A DNA stretch of 64,000 nucleotides. It comes from the human T2T-CHM13v2.0 reference genome, Homo sapiens. The notes under the pieces were generated by a model. That model was not told the origin of the DNA and ran no database searches. It saw nothing but the letters and a program-made list of their open reading frames with translations. The translations under genes were made by a program, and so were the position numbers. The DNA lies in the NCBI RefSeq assembly GCF_009914755.1, contig NC_060927.1; one strand, 5' to 3'. Positions 13,431 to 27,479 of this stretch are shown here, one piece after another. Position 1 is the stretch's first letter, and each line of letters starts with the position of its first letter.

Positions 13431-14138
13431 TAAAGTAAAGCAAACAACTTTCAAATTCCCAACTAGCCTACCAGAGAATGAACTACCAGGGAGGACATTG
13501 AGTTCCTTTTGCAATTAACAAAACCCTCTAAATTATGATTTTCAATCAGCATCATAATGACCTAAAGGTATGTTTGCTGTGCAAGGGTACATGCACATGA
13601 GTGTGTACTTGTGAATTATATGCAGTTTCACATCTTGGAAGCAGGAGATTCAAGACCAGGGTACCACTTTTATTTTCTGATATTTTTTCTGTGGGCATTG
13701 GGATCCCTACTTAAAAAATAAGCTTGCTATTTTAGAGTTTTTATTTTTCTGCCCAAATCATTATTTATTATATGCCACCAACAATTTCTGAACAAATTAG
13801 GGTTTAAATACAATTACTAAAAGTTTATATAAAATCTATTTTCAACTTCTGAGCTACTTACAAAATTAGAACACTTATTCACATGGACTTGGATTAACAC
13901 TTTGAATCACTATGGAACAACACATTCAGCAAAAAATTGACTCCCTGTAATCTTTTGCCCATGAAGCAACAAAGCTAGAAAGCCTAATTAGAATTATCAG
14001 GTATGTTTTAAGATATCTTCCTTGGAAACCAATATGACAACTAAAATTCTGCAAAGAAAAACAAATAGAATGATTTATTCCAAGAACTCAAAAGGGCCTC
14101 AACTATCATATCAGAGTAGCGATAAAAGAGAAGGCCTT

Positions 14139-14412
14139 AACTTGCACAGGAACAGAAAACCAAACGCTGCAGGTTCTCACTAATAAGTGGGAGATAAACA
14201 ATGAGAACCCATGGACACAGGGAGCGGGGAATATCACACACCAGGGCCTGTCCTCAGGTGGGGAACAAGGGGAGGGAGAGCATTACAACAAATACCTAAC
14301 ACATGCAAGGTTTAAAACCTAGATGATGGGTTGATAGGTGCAGCAAAGCACCACAGCACATGTATACCTATATAACAAATCTGCATGCTTAGCACATGTA
14401 TCCCAGAACTTA
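14139..14412 (+). mobile_element. L1PA8-10-like 3' UTR fragment
   Basis: L1PA 3' UTR; 15-bp TSD aaaagagaaggcctt (14124-14138) / aaaatagaaggcctt (14413-14427). Confidence 0.88.
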
Positions 14413-15059
14413 AAAATAGAAGGCCTTGTTGCCGTGAGTTAATAATAAAATAAAAGGCAAAAAAGGCAGATACTTGGAATCCATTAAAAAATAGTAAAAC
14501 CAAATTCTAGCCTACCTGAAGCAGGCACAGCATGCTTATTATGGCATAAATTTTTCTTTTACGTTCATTCCAGGCTTGTTTTATTCCTTTAATCTTATGT
14601 CTCTTCCTTTCTTAGATTTTAATTTATGTAATCTTTGTGTTGTGGGACCCTAATCAGTTTTGTTTCAAGCTGAGATGGAAAACATTTAGTGTGTAAATAG
14701 AATCCTCTCTCTGGGATATTTTTCAACTGCTGGTCTTTATCAAATTAAAGATGACAAAAGGACACAAAGGCAGAATTTCATATTTTTCTTTCTGGTTATT
14801 TTTTAGCAAATCTGAAGTCCTCTGTGATGACTGGCAGAGAAGCAAAGGTTGGCGTTCCATACTGAAACAGGCTGGCTGCCAAGATGAGTGAATTCTTTAC
14901 CTGGGAAGGGCATTAGAGAGATATCTACACCCTCAGGGTTCTGCACAAATAGGCAGAAAATATAAAATCCAATAATAGGCAAAACCCCAACTCATCTAAG
15001 CCAAACTGACAAAATAAATGTAGTTTAATCAGTAAGACCAGGTGGCAGCCACCCAAGAG

Positions 15060-15665
15060 TTTTGAAGGAACTCAAGGATGAAATTGGGAGACCGTTGGCC
15101 AAGATGCTGGATCCAACATTATAAACAGCCATTTCCAGCAAACTGGCAGATTGTGAATGTCATTCTGTTCATTAGAAGGGGTCAAGAGAGGACCCAGGGA
15201 GCCTTAGAAAAGCAAGTATCTCTTCTACTTGTCCAGTCTCCAATAAAAGACAGCATCATTAGATACTAAAACAAAAATAACTTCCTAGGGGAAAGACAAT
15301 ATGGTTTTCTGAAAAAGGAAACCATGAGTCACTGATTTATTATTGGTCTCTGAGGCATGTAGATAAAAGGCCAAATGCTGGCACAACCCAGAGTCAAGAT
15401 TTTTAAAGTGCCAACGTGGGATGGGATGAGAGAAGGTAATGGCTACATCAAGCCATATGGATAAGACAAACAATTTCCATACCCCTTCAAAAAATTTCCT
15501 ATGTATTTTCCAAAGCAAGAAGGGTCATGCTTTGAGACTTGAAAGATCAGGATGCATGATAAAGGACATACTACTTCACATTGTGGGTAAAAAATTTAAA
15601 ACACATTGCCATTTGGTGGTATTGGAAATAGATACAGATTTAGTCACTTCAGGAAACATTTTTTA
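15060..15665 (+). mobile_element. CR1/L3 LINE ORF2 fossil
   Basis: Frameshifted PANWQIVNVILF / KGSREDPGSLRKASISS / QYGFLKK and KGHALRLE resemble CR1 WRLANVTPIFKKG..DPGNYRPVSLTS, QHGF and RGHSLKL. Confidence 0.7.
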
Positions 15666-17690
15666 ATTGAGAATTAACTGAGGCTTGGGTTTTATACTCA
15701 GTAGTAGAGCGATAGTGGTGAGTGAGACCCATTCTGTCCTCAAGTAGCTCCCAGTGTACTACACAGATGATTCTAAGACCTGTGCCCAGTTCAAGCCCTG
15801 CATTAGGACCAGTACACATTTATGACTAGGTGGTAACTGATGATTGAGATCAGATAGTACAATCACAATTACATAACAAATCTCTTGGGGCCACAGTCAG
15901 CAATAGAAGCAATATACTGAGCTGTATGGGGCATGGATCTAAAGCAAAATGCAAATTCCCTTGTTAAAATGAATGGCAATGGTAATACCAACAAATCCTA
16001 AAAATGTTATTGGTTTGTTTGGTGGAGAAATAGATAATGGATTCTGAACACATGAGGCTCTAACATTATTATCCCTTTACCTTATAGAGAAAGAAAGCAG
16101 AAATGACAGAGGTGTTTGTGATTACTGATGAAATCGTTTTTTAACGTGATGCACCTACAAAGCTTTGTGGAAAGAAAATTACCCGTTGCTTATTATAATT
16201 TTAAAAATACAAGAATTAAGAGTATTTATCAATCAGGAATTGAATGAATTCTCTCTGTTTGATTTCTCAACTTTGCCAAAAGGTCTGGGAAGAATTTTCT
16301 GAGCTCAAGCAAGAACAGCCCAGACACAGAGAATGATTTTGGCAGCACGAAGCACAAGAGATTGATCTCTCTCCTACAAGTCAAATGCTTCTCTTTTCTA
16401 ATCAGTTTTAAACACCTACCTTCCCCTTTTTCTGCTACATTAGCTGGTAGGCTGTCATTCTAAAGAAATTTATAATGTACCTGTACAGAAAAAGTGTGAG
16501 TGTTCCCTGGCAGGAGAGAAAATTTCTTTGATCAGATTGTTCAGTATTTTCAAACCATCTAATGGCATTTCCATAGGAGCTCTATGAAGAAAAGCAAGAG
16601 CTAGAAAAGAAATCCCCACAAAAGCAGATTCAGTTTGTTCTAGTTTCTCTGATTTAAAAGAAAAATGTACTTTCTTTCCTTTTTCTCTTTACTTGCACAC
16701 TTTTTAACTGGCATGTAATAATTGTCATTTGTAATATCAATCATTCAGAACAGAAACGAAAATGGGGCTAAGTAACCTGCTTCTCAGGTATATTTTCCAG
16801 CAAAAATTCTGTCTTTTCCTGGTGACCACACTGGGAAATGACATTAGTCTCCTTTTTTTTTCCTTTACGTTGTACTATGTGGCTCAGCACATCCTCAATA
16901 ACTATGTGTTGAATGACTATCCCACTCTTTTTTCTGCTACTCCTTCTCCAAAAATAAAAGTGGGGGGGGGTGCGGGGGAGGGTCTATATTCCAAGCCTCC
17001 TCTAGAATGAAGATGAAAGGAAAGGAAAAGCATTGCAAGCTTATCTCCAAGCCCTCACATTTAAAACCTAGGCAATTTACAATTGTGTGTCAATACACTG
17101 AGCCAAAGATCCCTGAGAAGGAGGTATAAAATGTCAATAGATAAAATTAGAAGGAAAATGTTTGCATCTATGTCATTAAGTGTACAAATGTCTTGCCTAT
17201 CAAATTGACAAAACTATGCCTGTGATGTCAAAGGTTAGAACACAGACGTATGCATGTACACACATATGCACATATATACTCTACTCTGCTCATGAGAATG
17301 TAAATGCTTTTGAAGAAAGATTAGGAAACCTGAATTTAAAAAGCATTATGAAAGCTAACTATTGCTCTTCCACTTCTATAGGGATTTATGCTAAAGGAAT
17401 ACTAAAGAGGAATCATTTATACTTAAAAGGCCATCTGATTAGCATGTTTCATGTTCTCATACCTGTTGAGTTTTTTTTAAACTAAAAAATCTGTCTCATA
17501 AACACTAAAAATCAAAAATCTGATACTGACATTTTTCTCCATCTATGCAACTGATTCTTAGAATATATTGCCTTTTATTTTAGATCAAAGCATCAAAACT
17601 GTCTTTGATCCAAAACAGCCACGCAAATCCCGCATTTACCTCTGAAGTCAACCTATTTATAATCACAGGTTTTTTTTAAAATCCCTGATT

Positions 17691-17726
17691 TTCTTTTTAT
17701 TCCTGTGATTCTTTTTATTCCTGTGA
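17691..17726. repeat. Perfect 18-bp tandem duplication (ttctttttattcctgtga x2)
   Basis: Read directly from the sequence. Confidence 0.9.
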
Positions 17727-18531
17727 TTCAAAGAGGATTAGTGATAGTACAACTTTGAGAGCATCAGCTGTGCTTTGTTCCTGAAGCAGTCCTATTTACT
17801 AACACAGGAAATTAAAAATGCAAAAACTACCAGTCAATCAGGAAATCAGCATTGTGGATGTCAGGGCTTTGTAGGTACAAATTGGGGAATTAGTTTTTTC
17901 CATGAACAGCAGTATATTTACTAAGTAATTTCTTTTAAACTAGAGTTATCCTTTTACATCAACAGAAGAACCAATTAGAATCACTATTCATCAATTATTG
18001 TCCTAACACAAGCCTTGTGTTAGGACCTAGGCAATAGAGCTTATCAACTAATCAACTATAATTTTAATCATTGTATCTTGGAGTTTTCAAAAGGAATAAT
18101 TTGGGGTAAGGGAAAAATTCAAATTCTTAGTTACTGCTGACATGAAGGCAGATACTTCTGAGGATGATTAATGTATTTAATCAACCATTCAGTTTTTAAA
18201 TAGATATTAGTGGGTTTTTTTTCCCCTTTTTAGTGAATACTTGCTAGGCACTGACAACACAGTGGTGAATATAATGACATTCTTTCTCCTCATGTAGCTT
18301 CCATTCTAGTGGGAGAGAATATTACATGAAAAATCATAATTACAAATAGTAATTATACACACTATTATGCAAATAGTAACTATATAAGCACTTTAAAGGA
18401 GAGGAACAGAGTCTGAGAAACAACACTGGGGAGGTGCCAGTTTATCTTGGTAAGTCTGGGGACTCTTCAAAGAAGAGGGTGACAATAAGCTGTGGCATGA
18501 AGGATGAAAATCATTCACATGCCTCACATTT

Positions 18532-18960
18532 TGTATGGCTCAGAACACAGTTATCCAAAATATGGCACCTTGGAGGTCACTCTCTGATCTCCTCTCACCT
18601 TTCTTCCCTGAAACATGGTCATAAATAATTATTTGACCTACCTCCCCTAAAAGGAGGCTGTTAAGAACCTCATTCTGGAGGGGTCCTACCCTATGCCTGG
18701 AAGTCGAGAAGACTGGACAAACAGGCCCTGCAAAGTCCCCCCCTGCCAGCTTATGACCATACTTCTGCATGATTGTCCAGAAAAATATAGTTTTCCCTGG
18801 GCCTTTGGATCTTCATCTCTGAAGGTTCTTGTTTCACAAAAAATTTTGGTTAAATAAGTTTGTTATGCTTTTCTTTTGTCAATGTCTTTCGTTATGGGGA
18901 AGTCAGCCATGAACCTTGCAAATTGGGGTAAGGAAAAGAGATGACTTTTTCTTTCTTACA
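18532..18960 (+). mobile_element. MER39/MER34-like ERV1 solo LTR
   Basis: TG...CA ends; ccaaaatatggcaccttgg near the start; cttcatctctgaaggttc...taaataagtttgttatgcttttc near the end. Confidence 0.7.
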
Positions 18961-18964
18961 TGTT

Positions 18965-20550
18965 CTTCCCTGTCTGGTTAGCATCACTCTTTCTGGTCTT
19001 CCCACCATCTCCCTGGCCATTCTGACTCAGCCTTCATGGGGAATCCTTCCTCCTCTATCTAATCTCTCAATGCTAAAGTTTTTCAGGGCTAAGTTCTAGG
19101 CCTTATTTTCTTCTAATTCCAAAGATCCTCCCAAGGCATCTATAACCCATTCCTATGACCTCAGATATCATCTATGTGTTAACAATTCTGTAATAGACTT
19201 TACCAGTCCAGACTTCTTTTCTTAGATTTGGGTCCATATGCCAACTTCCTATGTGACTTCCTCACTTGAATATACCTCTTAAGAACCTCAAATTTACTAT
19301 GAGCAGCACTAAAAGGTGTTTCACTCTCAACTCTTTCCTCCAGTGATCTTCATCTTCCTAAATGGAATCATTCGTTCAGTTGCTGTATCAGTAATCAGGA
19401 TGATTACATGACACCTGCTTCTCTCTCATCTCCCATAATTGATAATTGATAATAATTGATAATTGAGCCCTGTCTAATTGATAGCTAAAATGTATAGTGA
19501 ATTTCACATTTTCCCATCTCTCTTGCCATCAACTCTGGCATAGATACTGCAAGCCTTTTTCTTAGTCTTCCATCTATTCTTGTTCCCCTCCAATTCATTG
19601 TCCTAAATGAAAATTTTTTCCAATAACTCTTTTAGTTCTTCTGTTGTTCTAAAGATCAAGTCTAAAATCATCACAATGGTCTCTAAGACCCTTCATGATC
19701 TACCCACTGCTTAATCCTTTAGTCTCATATTATGTCAATCTTCACATTATTCTCTATGCCTCAGCCAAAATACGCTTTTTTCAGTTTCTAAAATAATTTT
19801 TTTTAAAAAGGGCGTTCCTTTCTTAAAGAATTTTCACATGATGTTCCTTCCACCTGAGACATCACCTGCTGTGTATTACTGAAGTACTATACTCTTCTCT
19901 GTATTAGACAAGGGTGCATTTGGCTGCAACTAACAGATTACCCAATGGAGATGGTTTCAGTAGTAAGAACATTTAATTTTAACCACTTGATATCGCAAAG
20001 TCTGAAAGGAGTCACGTTTTGGGGGTGCAACATTTCAAAATTACCCCAAACCAAGACTTTCCCTTTGTTTCTGTCATTCTGTGCATATTAATTTTTTAAA
20101 TTTAGGGTAATTGCCTTATGGTAACAACCCGTATATCATGTCTGATGCAACTGCATTCAAGGTAGAAAAATGCGAGAAGAATGCTCTCGTATAAAATTAT
20201 TCTCAAGGTCCTCACCACATTTCCCTACATCACATTAGACATAACTATGTCATAGAAACTGCAGGGGAGGCTAGTTAGGTGAATATTGGGAGATAGGCAA
20301 GAAGAGAAGGAGGCTGGAATGCCTGTTGATTTTTACAATCAACAGAGTCTGACATTTGTTAGTGCACTTATCAAAACAGCAGTTAAAAAATTAAATATCT
20401 GCATTTTGTTCATTGTCTTCCCTGTGAGATTATAAACTCTTTGACTCTGGGGAATATGTCTGTCTGATTCAATGCTATAAGAGCCTAGACTCGCACAGTG
20501 TCAAGCCTACACAGATCATTTATGCTGATTGATGGAATGAATTAATGATA
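18965..20550. mobile_element. L2 fragments with an inserted MLT1-like LTR (about 19900-20350)
   Basis: L2-like ORF2 and 3' end (gattgatggaatgaattaatga); MLT1-like start tgtattagac...tggctgcaactaacaga. Confidence 0.5.
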
Positions 20551-22335
20551 TGGAAGAGAGTAACAGAGGCAGAAACCAGGTACAAAAGAGATAGAAAACT
20601 GCCAACACAAAACTTAAACTGATTGCCACATCTCATATCTCATGGTTTAGCTTTCCTATTCCATTTAAATTGAAAACGGTCTTTTCATTAAAAAAAAAAT
20701 TGGCAACTTTTTGAAAGTGCTCAGTTCTTTGCACAGTGAATAGAATTCCCCTAACCTCTTAATTCATGCCATGAAAATAGACATGGGTTTTATTGTCACT
20801 AAGATTCAGGAATGAATTCTTTAAAAAAAAAAAAAACCCTGTTAAGGAGTTATATGATCCAGAAAAATTTAAATTGCCTCAAGTACAGAAATGTAATTCA
20901 GTTGTTGTCTAAATTACTCAAATATCAGTTAATAAGAAAAGTATATGAAAGCTAGAAAGTTACTTAAGAGTAGTCATAAAATTTTTAGTCTAAGTTCTCC
21001 ACTCCTTAGCATATCACACCAACAGATAAGTTTGTCAGATTGGCCGATTTAGGTAGAAAGCAAATGTAAAATACCTCACTCATAAAGGATGCTTGATACA
21101 TTTTTGTTCTTATACCTAGACCAAAAGAAAACTTGGGTTTATTCCTATCTCTGTCCCATCCTAAATGTGTACCTATGGGCAAGTTGATTACGTTCTTTGG
21201 TTCACAATCAATATGGTAATCTTAAACTACCTTTTAGTTACAAATAGTCATACCACAATTTTGAAACTTAAATTTAAAAATTAAATGGTATTGAATACAT
21301 TCAACTCTATCCAACCTAATAAAACATTAAGGAACTGATTCATATTTCTGGTAGTGTCTATTTCTATAGAAGCAAAACCTGTTCCTAGTTTCTGATGGAC
21401 AGTCTGATCATGTCAAAACGCACAGGGCACTAACATAAATATCACAATTTCTTTAAAAAGTTGTAAATAGCTACACATGCAAGACTAGGTTTCAAGTTTT
21501 AAAAATAGTTTTCATTTCAAATAAAATTCCTTAAAAACAGAAAATGACTTTAACATTGGCAAAGGGAGTCCCCTAAGAAAAAAATGTAAACAGATGGCTG
21601 AGAAAGATCACCCACATGCTGAACACAGATCTTGAGGAGGCATTTCTAAGAATGAAGTAGCACTTCCCAGCCTGGGCCACTTCCCACAAGGATCCTTATT
21701 TAACCCATGGAAAACACAGAGTTTATACCTCCGGCCAAGAGGAGCCTCAACTTTTTTTCCACTTGCCTCACAGTGATCCAGACAGTTTCCAACTCTCCCT
21801 AGCATTCCAAAAGAAGCTAAGTACCAACCACTTGGGATGAGCAATCCCCTAATAAATTAGTGTTCGAAGATCAGCCCTGAACAAATGTCTTCCCATATAA
21901 ACGGGCTGTTAAGCCCTAGCTAAGCGTATTAAGTATTCAATTTAATGTATGACACACATCTGTTCCACTTTCTCAGTGAGCAGAAGTTTCAAGATAACTT
22001 AAATCCCAGACTTAATCAAGGAGAAAAAAATCTTGGCAATGTTTAAAACTGAGTTTTAAAATATAATCCAAATGATGGTGAGAGAGAGACCATTTTGCTG
22101 TAACTAATGAGATTATATAATACCTAAATCAAATCCACAAAATTACCTGAGCAGAATCACTAAATATTTTATCTAGGCTTATTTGTCTTTCATGTAGAGA
22201 CCATCAACACATTTCCCAAACACCTTCAATTTACGCCTCGCCCAAGTCACCAAGAGATGAGCAAAAATGAAGCCCTTGGCAAGCACAGTGGCTTAACCCC
22301 CTTGAAGCCCAAAGGACCACAAGAGGAAAACTTAC

Positions 22336-22417
22336 AGATTTGTCTTTCACAAGGAGAGCACAGCACTGGATCCCAGCCATCAGCATCTTGTGTGGGTTCC
22401 AGGCCACAGAGTCAGCC
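22336..22417 (-). CDS. GADL1: GADL1 exon 11 (82 nt; ADSVAWNPHKMLMAGIQCCALLVKDKS); PLP Schiff-base Lys codon at 22387-22389
   Basis: Acceptor caatag|GG and donor TCT|gtaagt; NPHK catalytic-lysine motif; phase 2 to 0. Confidence 0.97.
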
Positions 22418-22699
22418 CTATTGTTTAAACAAAGGGACAGAGTAGGGAGAGGACTCAATTAGTTTCTACAGGCAATGGAATACTATCATTATCAATATCT
22501 GCATTCAGTACTCATACATAGTTTACTGTTCTATAGAACTCCTTATCTGAGTGGTTTAAGGAATTTGGAGGGATTTTTTGTTGTTGTTTATTTAAGGAAA
22601 ACAATTACTTTGTTTTTTCCTATTTTCAAAATATCACTTAGTCCAAAGAGATCCCTTTGCCTGACAAAAGTTGGCTGTACACCAGGAAACTACATTTAC

Positions 22700-22764
22700 C
22701 TGTGGATGCCATGCAGAAGCTTGCGGTGCTTCCTCGACATCAAAGCTGAGCCACCCCAAGAAGC
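22700..22764 (-). CDS. GADL1: GADL1 exon 10 (65 nt; ASWGGSALMSRKHRKLLHGIHR)
   Basis: Acceptor caacag|GCT and donor CAG|gtaaat; completes D-ASWGG; phase 0 to 2. Confidence 0.96.
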
Positions 22765-24039
22765 CTGTTGAGATATTTACAGTACCAGAACAATGTTATT
22801 TCAATGTTATTTGTTTACCAGTGGGTTGTCATAGAAAACCCTCAGTGAGGACCTCAATCTGCATTATTTGATATTTTATGTCATGTTAACTAATTTGTAC
22901 CCCAGGAAATTCTGATCACTGGCTCTACTCAGGCAACCAGAACCTCATCACAATAGATGGGCCCTCACTGACCCTTAGAATTATAAATTCATGCATCATA
23001 AATTGGTATATTAACCAACTGAGCTATGTGTGGATGGAAGAGGTTCAAAGTCCATGCCCTCTTGAAGCTTAGACTCTAACATAGACAACATCTTCACAAT
23101 GCTAACATTTTGCTATTCAGTGTATGATGAGACATGGGCTAAGGACTAGTATTTTATATAATGAATGAGGCATATTATTGACAAGGTAGATAGAAGGCCA
23201 ACTAGGATGAGCTAGGCGGAAATATCTGTTAATGAAAAATTAGATCATTTTAGCTAAATGGCTTTCAGAAATATCTACAAATGAGAGAGAGGGCAAGCTT
23301 GGGACAAAAGGAAGTTATCCACTGGAGAAGTAAATTTTGTGAGCAAAGGAGAGGGGAGCTCAGATAAAATCCCATAGTCAACAGGTCTGGAGCAAAGGGA
23401 GAAAAATTGATGTAAGAAATACAAAAGTCAGTATGCTTCTTGAAAATGGTGCAGACATAAATTTTAATTTGTAGGACATTAAAGGATAACTGTATTGAGA
23501 GAATTTGAAGGGACTAGCTTGGGCTGTATTGAATGCTTTCCAAGTTGATTTAAACCTTACAGCATTCCATTAGGAATGGAGTTATGATCACTTCCACTTT
23601 TTATAAAGTTCAGAGGTGTTCAGGTAAATTGTCCAAGGTCTCGCCAATGACAAAAATCAGATCTGAGATTCAAAGCCCATTCTCCTGTCATGTTAACATC
23701 ATTACTTAAGGAAGGTGACAATTTGGCCAAACTGGGGAGTATAGCATGTAGAATGAGGGTGACAGAGATGCTTTAGGCAATAGGTAAGTTCAGGGGTTGC
23801 TTAGGATGTAGCAACTTCTATTTTTGGCTATGGAATTTAAAGGCATAGGTAGACCTTAATATCATGTAAAAAGAAGTGGCATGGTTGGCTGCACCACAGA
23901 TATGGAAGATAAAGAAAATGAAGTATCTCCACGATCCTCAGAGTATTACAAAATTTGGGCCCATTGGTAGCCAATAACAAGAAAGTACAGCACAAGCAAC
24001 TTTGTGGCCTTAAATCCCACTTAAAAACAACTTTCATTG

Positions 24040-24192
24040 ACAGCTGAGACTAGGGTGAAGTGAATGAGTCAGGGTGCATAATTCAAGGAAGAACTCATCT
24101 CAGAGCTGGACTCTTGCAAGGCCCTAAGAGTGAATGCTTCTTAAAATTTGAGCCCTGCCAACCCCACTGGCCTCATATTAGCACCAGCCTTG
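24040..24192. mobile_element. MER96-like palindromic hAT-Tip100 MITE
   Basis: gactagggtgaagtg start; arms agggtgcataattcaaggaagaactcatctcag / ctaagagtgaatgcttcttaaaatttgagccct. Confidence 0.6.
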
Positions 24193-27100
24193 TCCCATGG
24201 ACTAAAGGCTCCATCAACTCCATGGGGTCCCCAGAGGCCTGCGAGCTCTGATGTGTTTCAAGGGTGTTGGGTGTTCAAATCCCAAGGATTCCCAGGTAAA
24301 GAGTTAGTAACTTGGCATTATCAGTCAAATTCCCTTCCTGCTGCATTTCCTCCCTTACTTGGATTCACAATGGACCACGTGTGACTCAGGCTGAGCCACA
24401 AAGGCAAATGCCCTCAGCATCTAGGAAAATTTTATCCCCAGCCTACAACTGAGGATCTCCAGATCTGGATTTTGAGAACTTGGTCCTTGCAAATATTAAG
24501 ATGTGTTACATATCACATTTTTCTTGACTTTCATTACATATTCTAAATCCTAAATTACCTACTTTTCTCACTTCTCTTATCCCCCAACCTCTCTGAGAAC
24601 CTATCAGTGACAACTACAGGAAGGATTAATTAGTCCAGTCAGCCACACCTGTTTGCTCGCTCACACTTTCCACCTGCCTCATACCCTACACTTCTACTCC
24701 TTCATGCTCCCTGAGCTAGCCTCTGCCTCCACTGCTTCTCCAAAAAGGTAAATAATCTCCCAATTCTAGTGAACTGGATTTAAGTTTTGAAATCACAGGA
24801 ACCCTTCCAAGGCATTAGTTCACCACTTCACAAAGTACTTTGGCAGGGTTAGGAACAGCTCATCCATAAATTTATTCCTTAAAAAAAAAAAAACACCCCT
24901 GATGTAAATGCCCTACTTTAATTTGCTGCACTCTAATTCCTAACTCCAGAAACTGTGAAATTATCAAACCTATCACCTAAATGATGGAGTTTGGCTTTCC
25001 ATCTCAATAAAGACTGTCATTTATTAAGCTATTACTATATGTGAGGCACCACAGTATATCATTTTATATATATTTGTCTTTAATTAGTTAATAAATTAAT
25101 AGTAGAACCAATCTTGAAAGGGAAGTGAAGGTAAGAATGGAATTGAGATTTGGCAGCCTCTAAAGGCCATGATTTTAAATACGTTTGTGCCTTCTATGGC
25201 ACTTGGAATGAGGAATGGGTGAGAGAATAGGAAGCTTTGTTGGGAATGAGAGGCTTTCCAGCAGCTACAACCTCTGATTTTGAAGAAGAGCTAGACCAGC
25301 CCGACGTTTTGTTCTCAGACAGAAACTAGCATAACAATTGCCCTCATGAAGGAAGAGAACAGTACTGGAGTGAAAGAGTCTAATAAAACTAGTTTTTCTT
25401 ATTCGGTTGTTTAAAAAACGCATTATATTACCAAATTGAAGACAGTATCAAATGTAAGCACCCCCATTTTTTGTGTACTACTAATAAAAATTGACATCAA
25501 AATATCAATTTCAGAGTTAAAATTTTTTTAAGTAAGTGCATCTTAGAATTAATAAAACATGGTATGTATGCAGAGCAGCATGGTTTTACTGAAAACCCAG
25601 AAGAACAAGTAAATGTCTTTTTATTTTTAAAAAGAGATAAACATCAGTTTAATATTTGAAAGAAGCTTTAAAATACTCTAGAAGATTTCAAACAGGTCAA
25701 AGCAATTATTGCAATTTGTTAATATTTTCTTTAATAAAGTACCTATGGCATATGAAGTTTCTTCAAGATAAGCTACATGTTCCTGTAGTAATATTTTATT
25801 GATTTGACACCCACAATACTAAAGGATGGGTAAACATGTCTTTAATAAGCCAGATAGGCTTGTGTCAAATTTAATCTAATACTATAGGCATTTGCCAGAT
25901 GTATACTATGCACAAATAGGATAATTTGGTGTGGTTTACATTCCCTTATAAAGATGTTTTCTTCAAAGACTCAACCTTTAATTTTTAGAAAACCTGAAGA
26001 GCTTTTCATTCATAAATCACAATTTTCTCTAAGCCCCATAAATCTCTTAATGTCATTCCCAATTTAAAAGCTGCTGTGGTGACTGTTTTACATAAACTAT
26101 TTACTTTTCTCCATTTTATACAAACTACATAAACTATATAATCCATATGTGATGTTTCTTTTATGAGAGTACAATATTTAGGTAGAACTGCTGATGTATT
26201 TGATTTTCCCCCTTATTTCCACAGTTACAAAAATGCTCACTTCATATTATCTTTTAGGATATAATGTATTGTTATGCTTCTAAGTCTATAAAAATCAATA
26301 AGATATAAGTTGAAATATGAACAGATACAAATGCTAAAATCCCGTTAACGAGTCACGGATAATCTACCTCAAGTATTGCCATTGGCATACTAATAGAAGC
26401 AATAACTCTAGTAAACTTTATACTACTGTTGCTTTTACAAATGTTAGTATTCAGTTAATGTAAACTTTGAATCATATCACAGACACTCTACTAGGTGATA
26501 TGATTTGATTGAAATAAACACTTTGAAAGCATAAAATCATCTAAACTACAAAATTATGTGGGTATATCCCCCCAAATGCTGTTTCCTTTTGTTCAGCAAG
26601 TCAAAAAATATTTCTTCTGCCAAGGAGGATCTGAAACTATCACTTACCAGAGGAAAGCTCCCAAAACACCATGTGCAATTGTCTCTTTGGTTAGAATCAA
26701 ACTAATTAACTGCTGGTTTCACACAAAAAAAATTAATTTTAAAAAAGAAAATTAAAAAGCTCCACAAGTGTTCATAGTTGGCTGAATTCAGCATTCTAAC
26801 CCGGGATAAGTAGAATTTTTAAAGTTACCTTCGATTTAAGGAAATATGTATTTTGAATAACCGCAGGACTTACAAAAATTCTTTTAAAAAGCCAATCCTT
26901 TGCTAGAAAATAATGGAGTATATTATCCCAACCCCCCTCAAATAACTATCTGATAGATCCAGAGAAAATTTGCTTTAGTTATAGCATGCAATTATGCATT
27001 GTAGCTTTTTTGCATTTTCCAGCTGTTTGGAATCATAATTTTAGAGCTAGAAAGATACCTTACAGCCCACATCTACCATCCCCCCTCTTTACAAATGAAG

Positions 27101-27479
27101 AAATTGAAATCCAAAAGGCTAAGATCGCAATGAAGAAGAGGCAGATCAGAATTTCAAACCAAAGTCTCTCGGCTCCCTAACCTAAAATGGGTGCCTTACA
27201 CCAGGCTGCTTCAATGACAGTAGATTTGAGGACCAAAGATGGCTCATGGGAGTAAAAGAAGCAAAATGGAATCCAGAAAGCTAAAACAAAATATACACAA
27301 AGTCGTGGAATCTTCTCATTTATACTTTACAAGAAAGTGGCATACTTATTTCCCCCAATTTGAGACACAAACAAAAGCGTTGGGGACTCCACATCTAGTT
27401 TCTGAGAATAAGAAAAATTTCTACCAAGGCTACAAAAAGACCAAAGGTTAAACAGGTATGTACACATAAATGAACTTAC

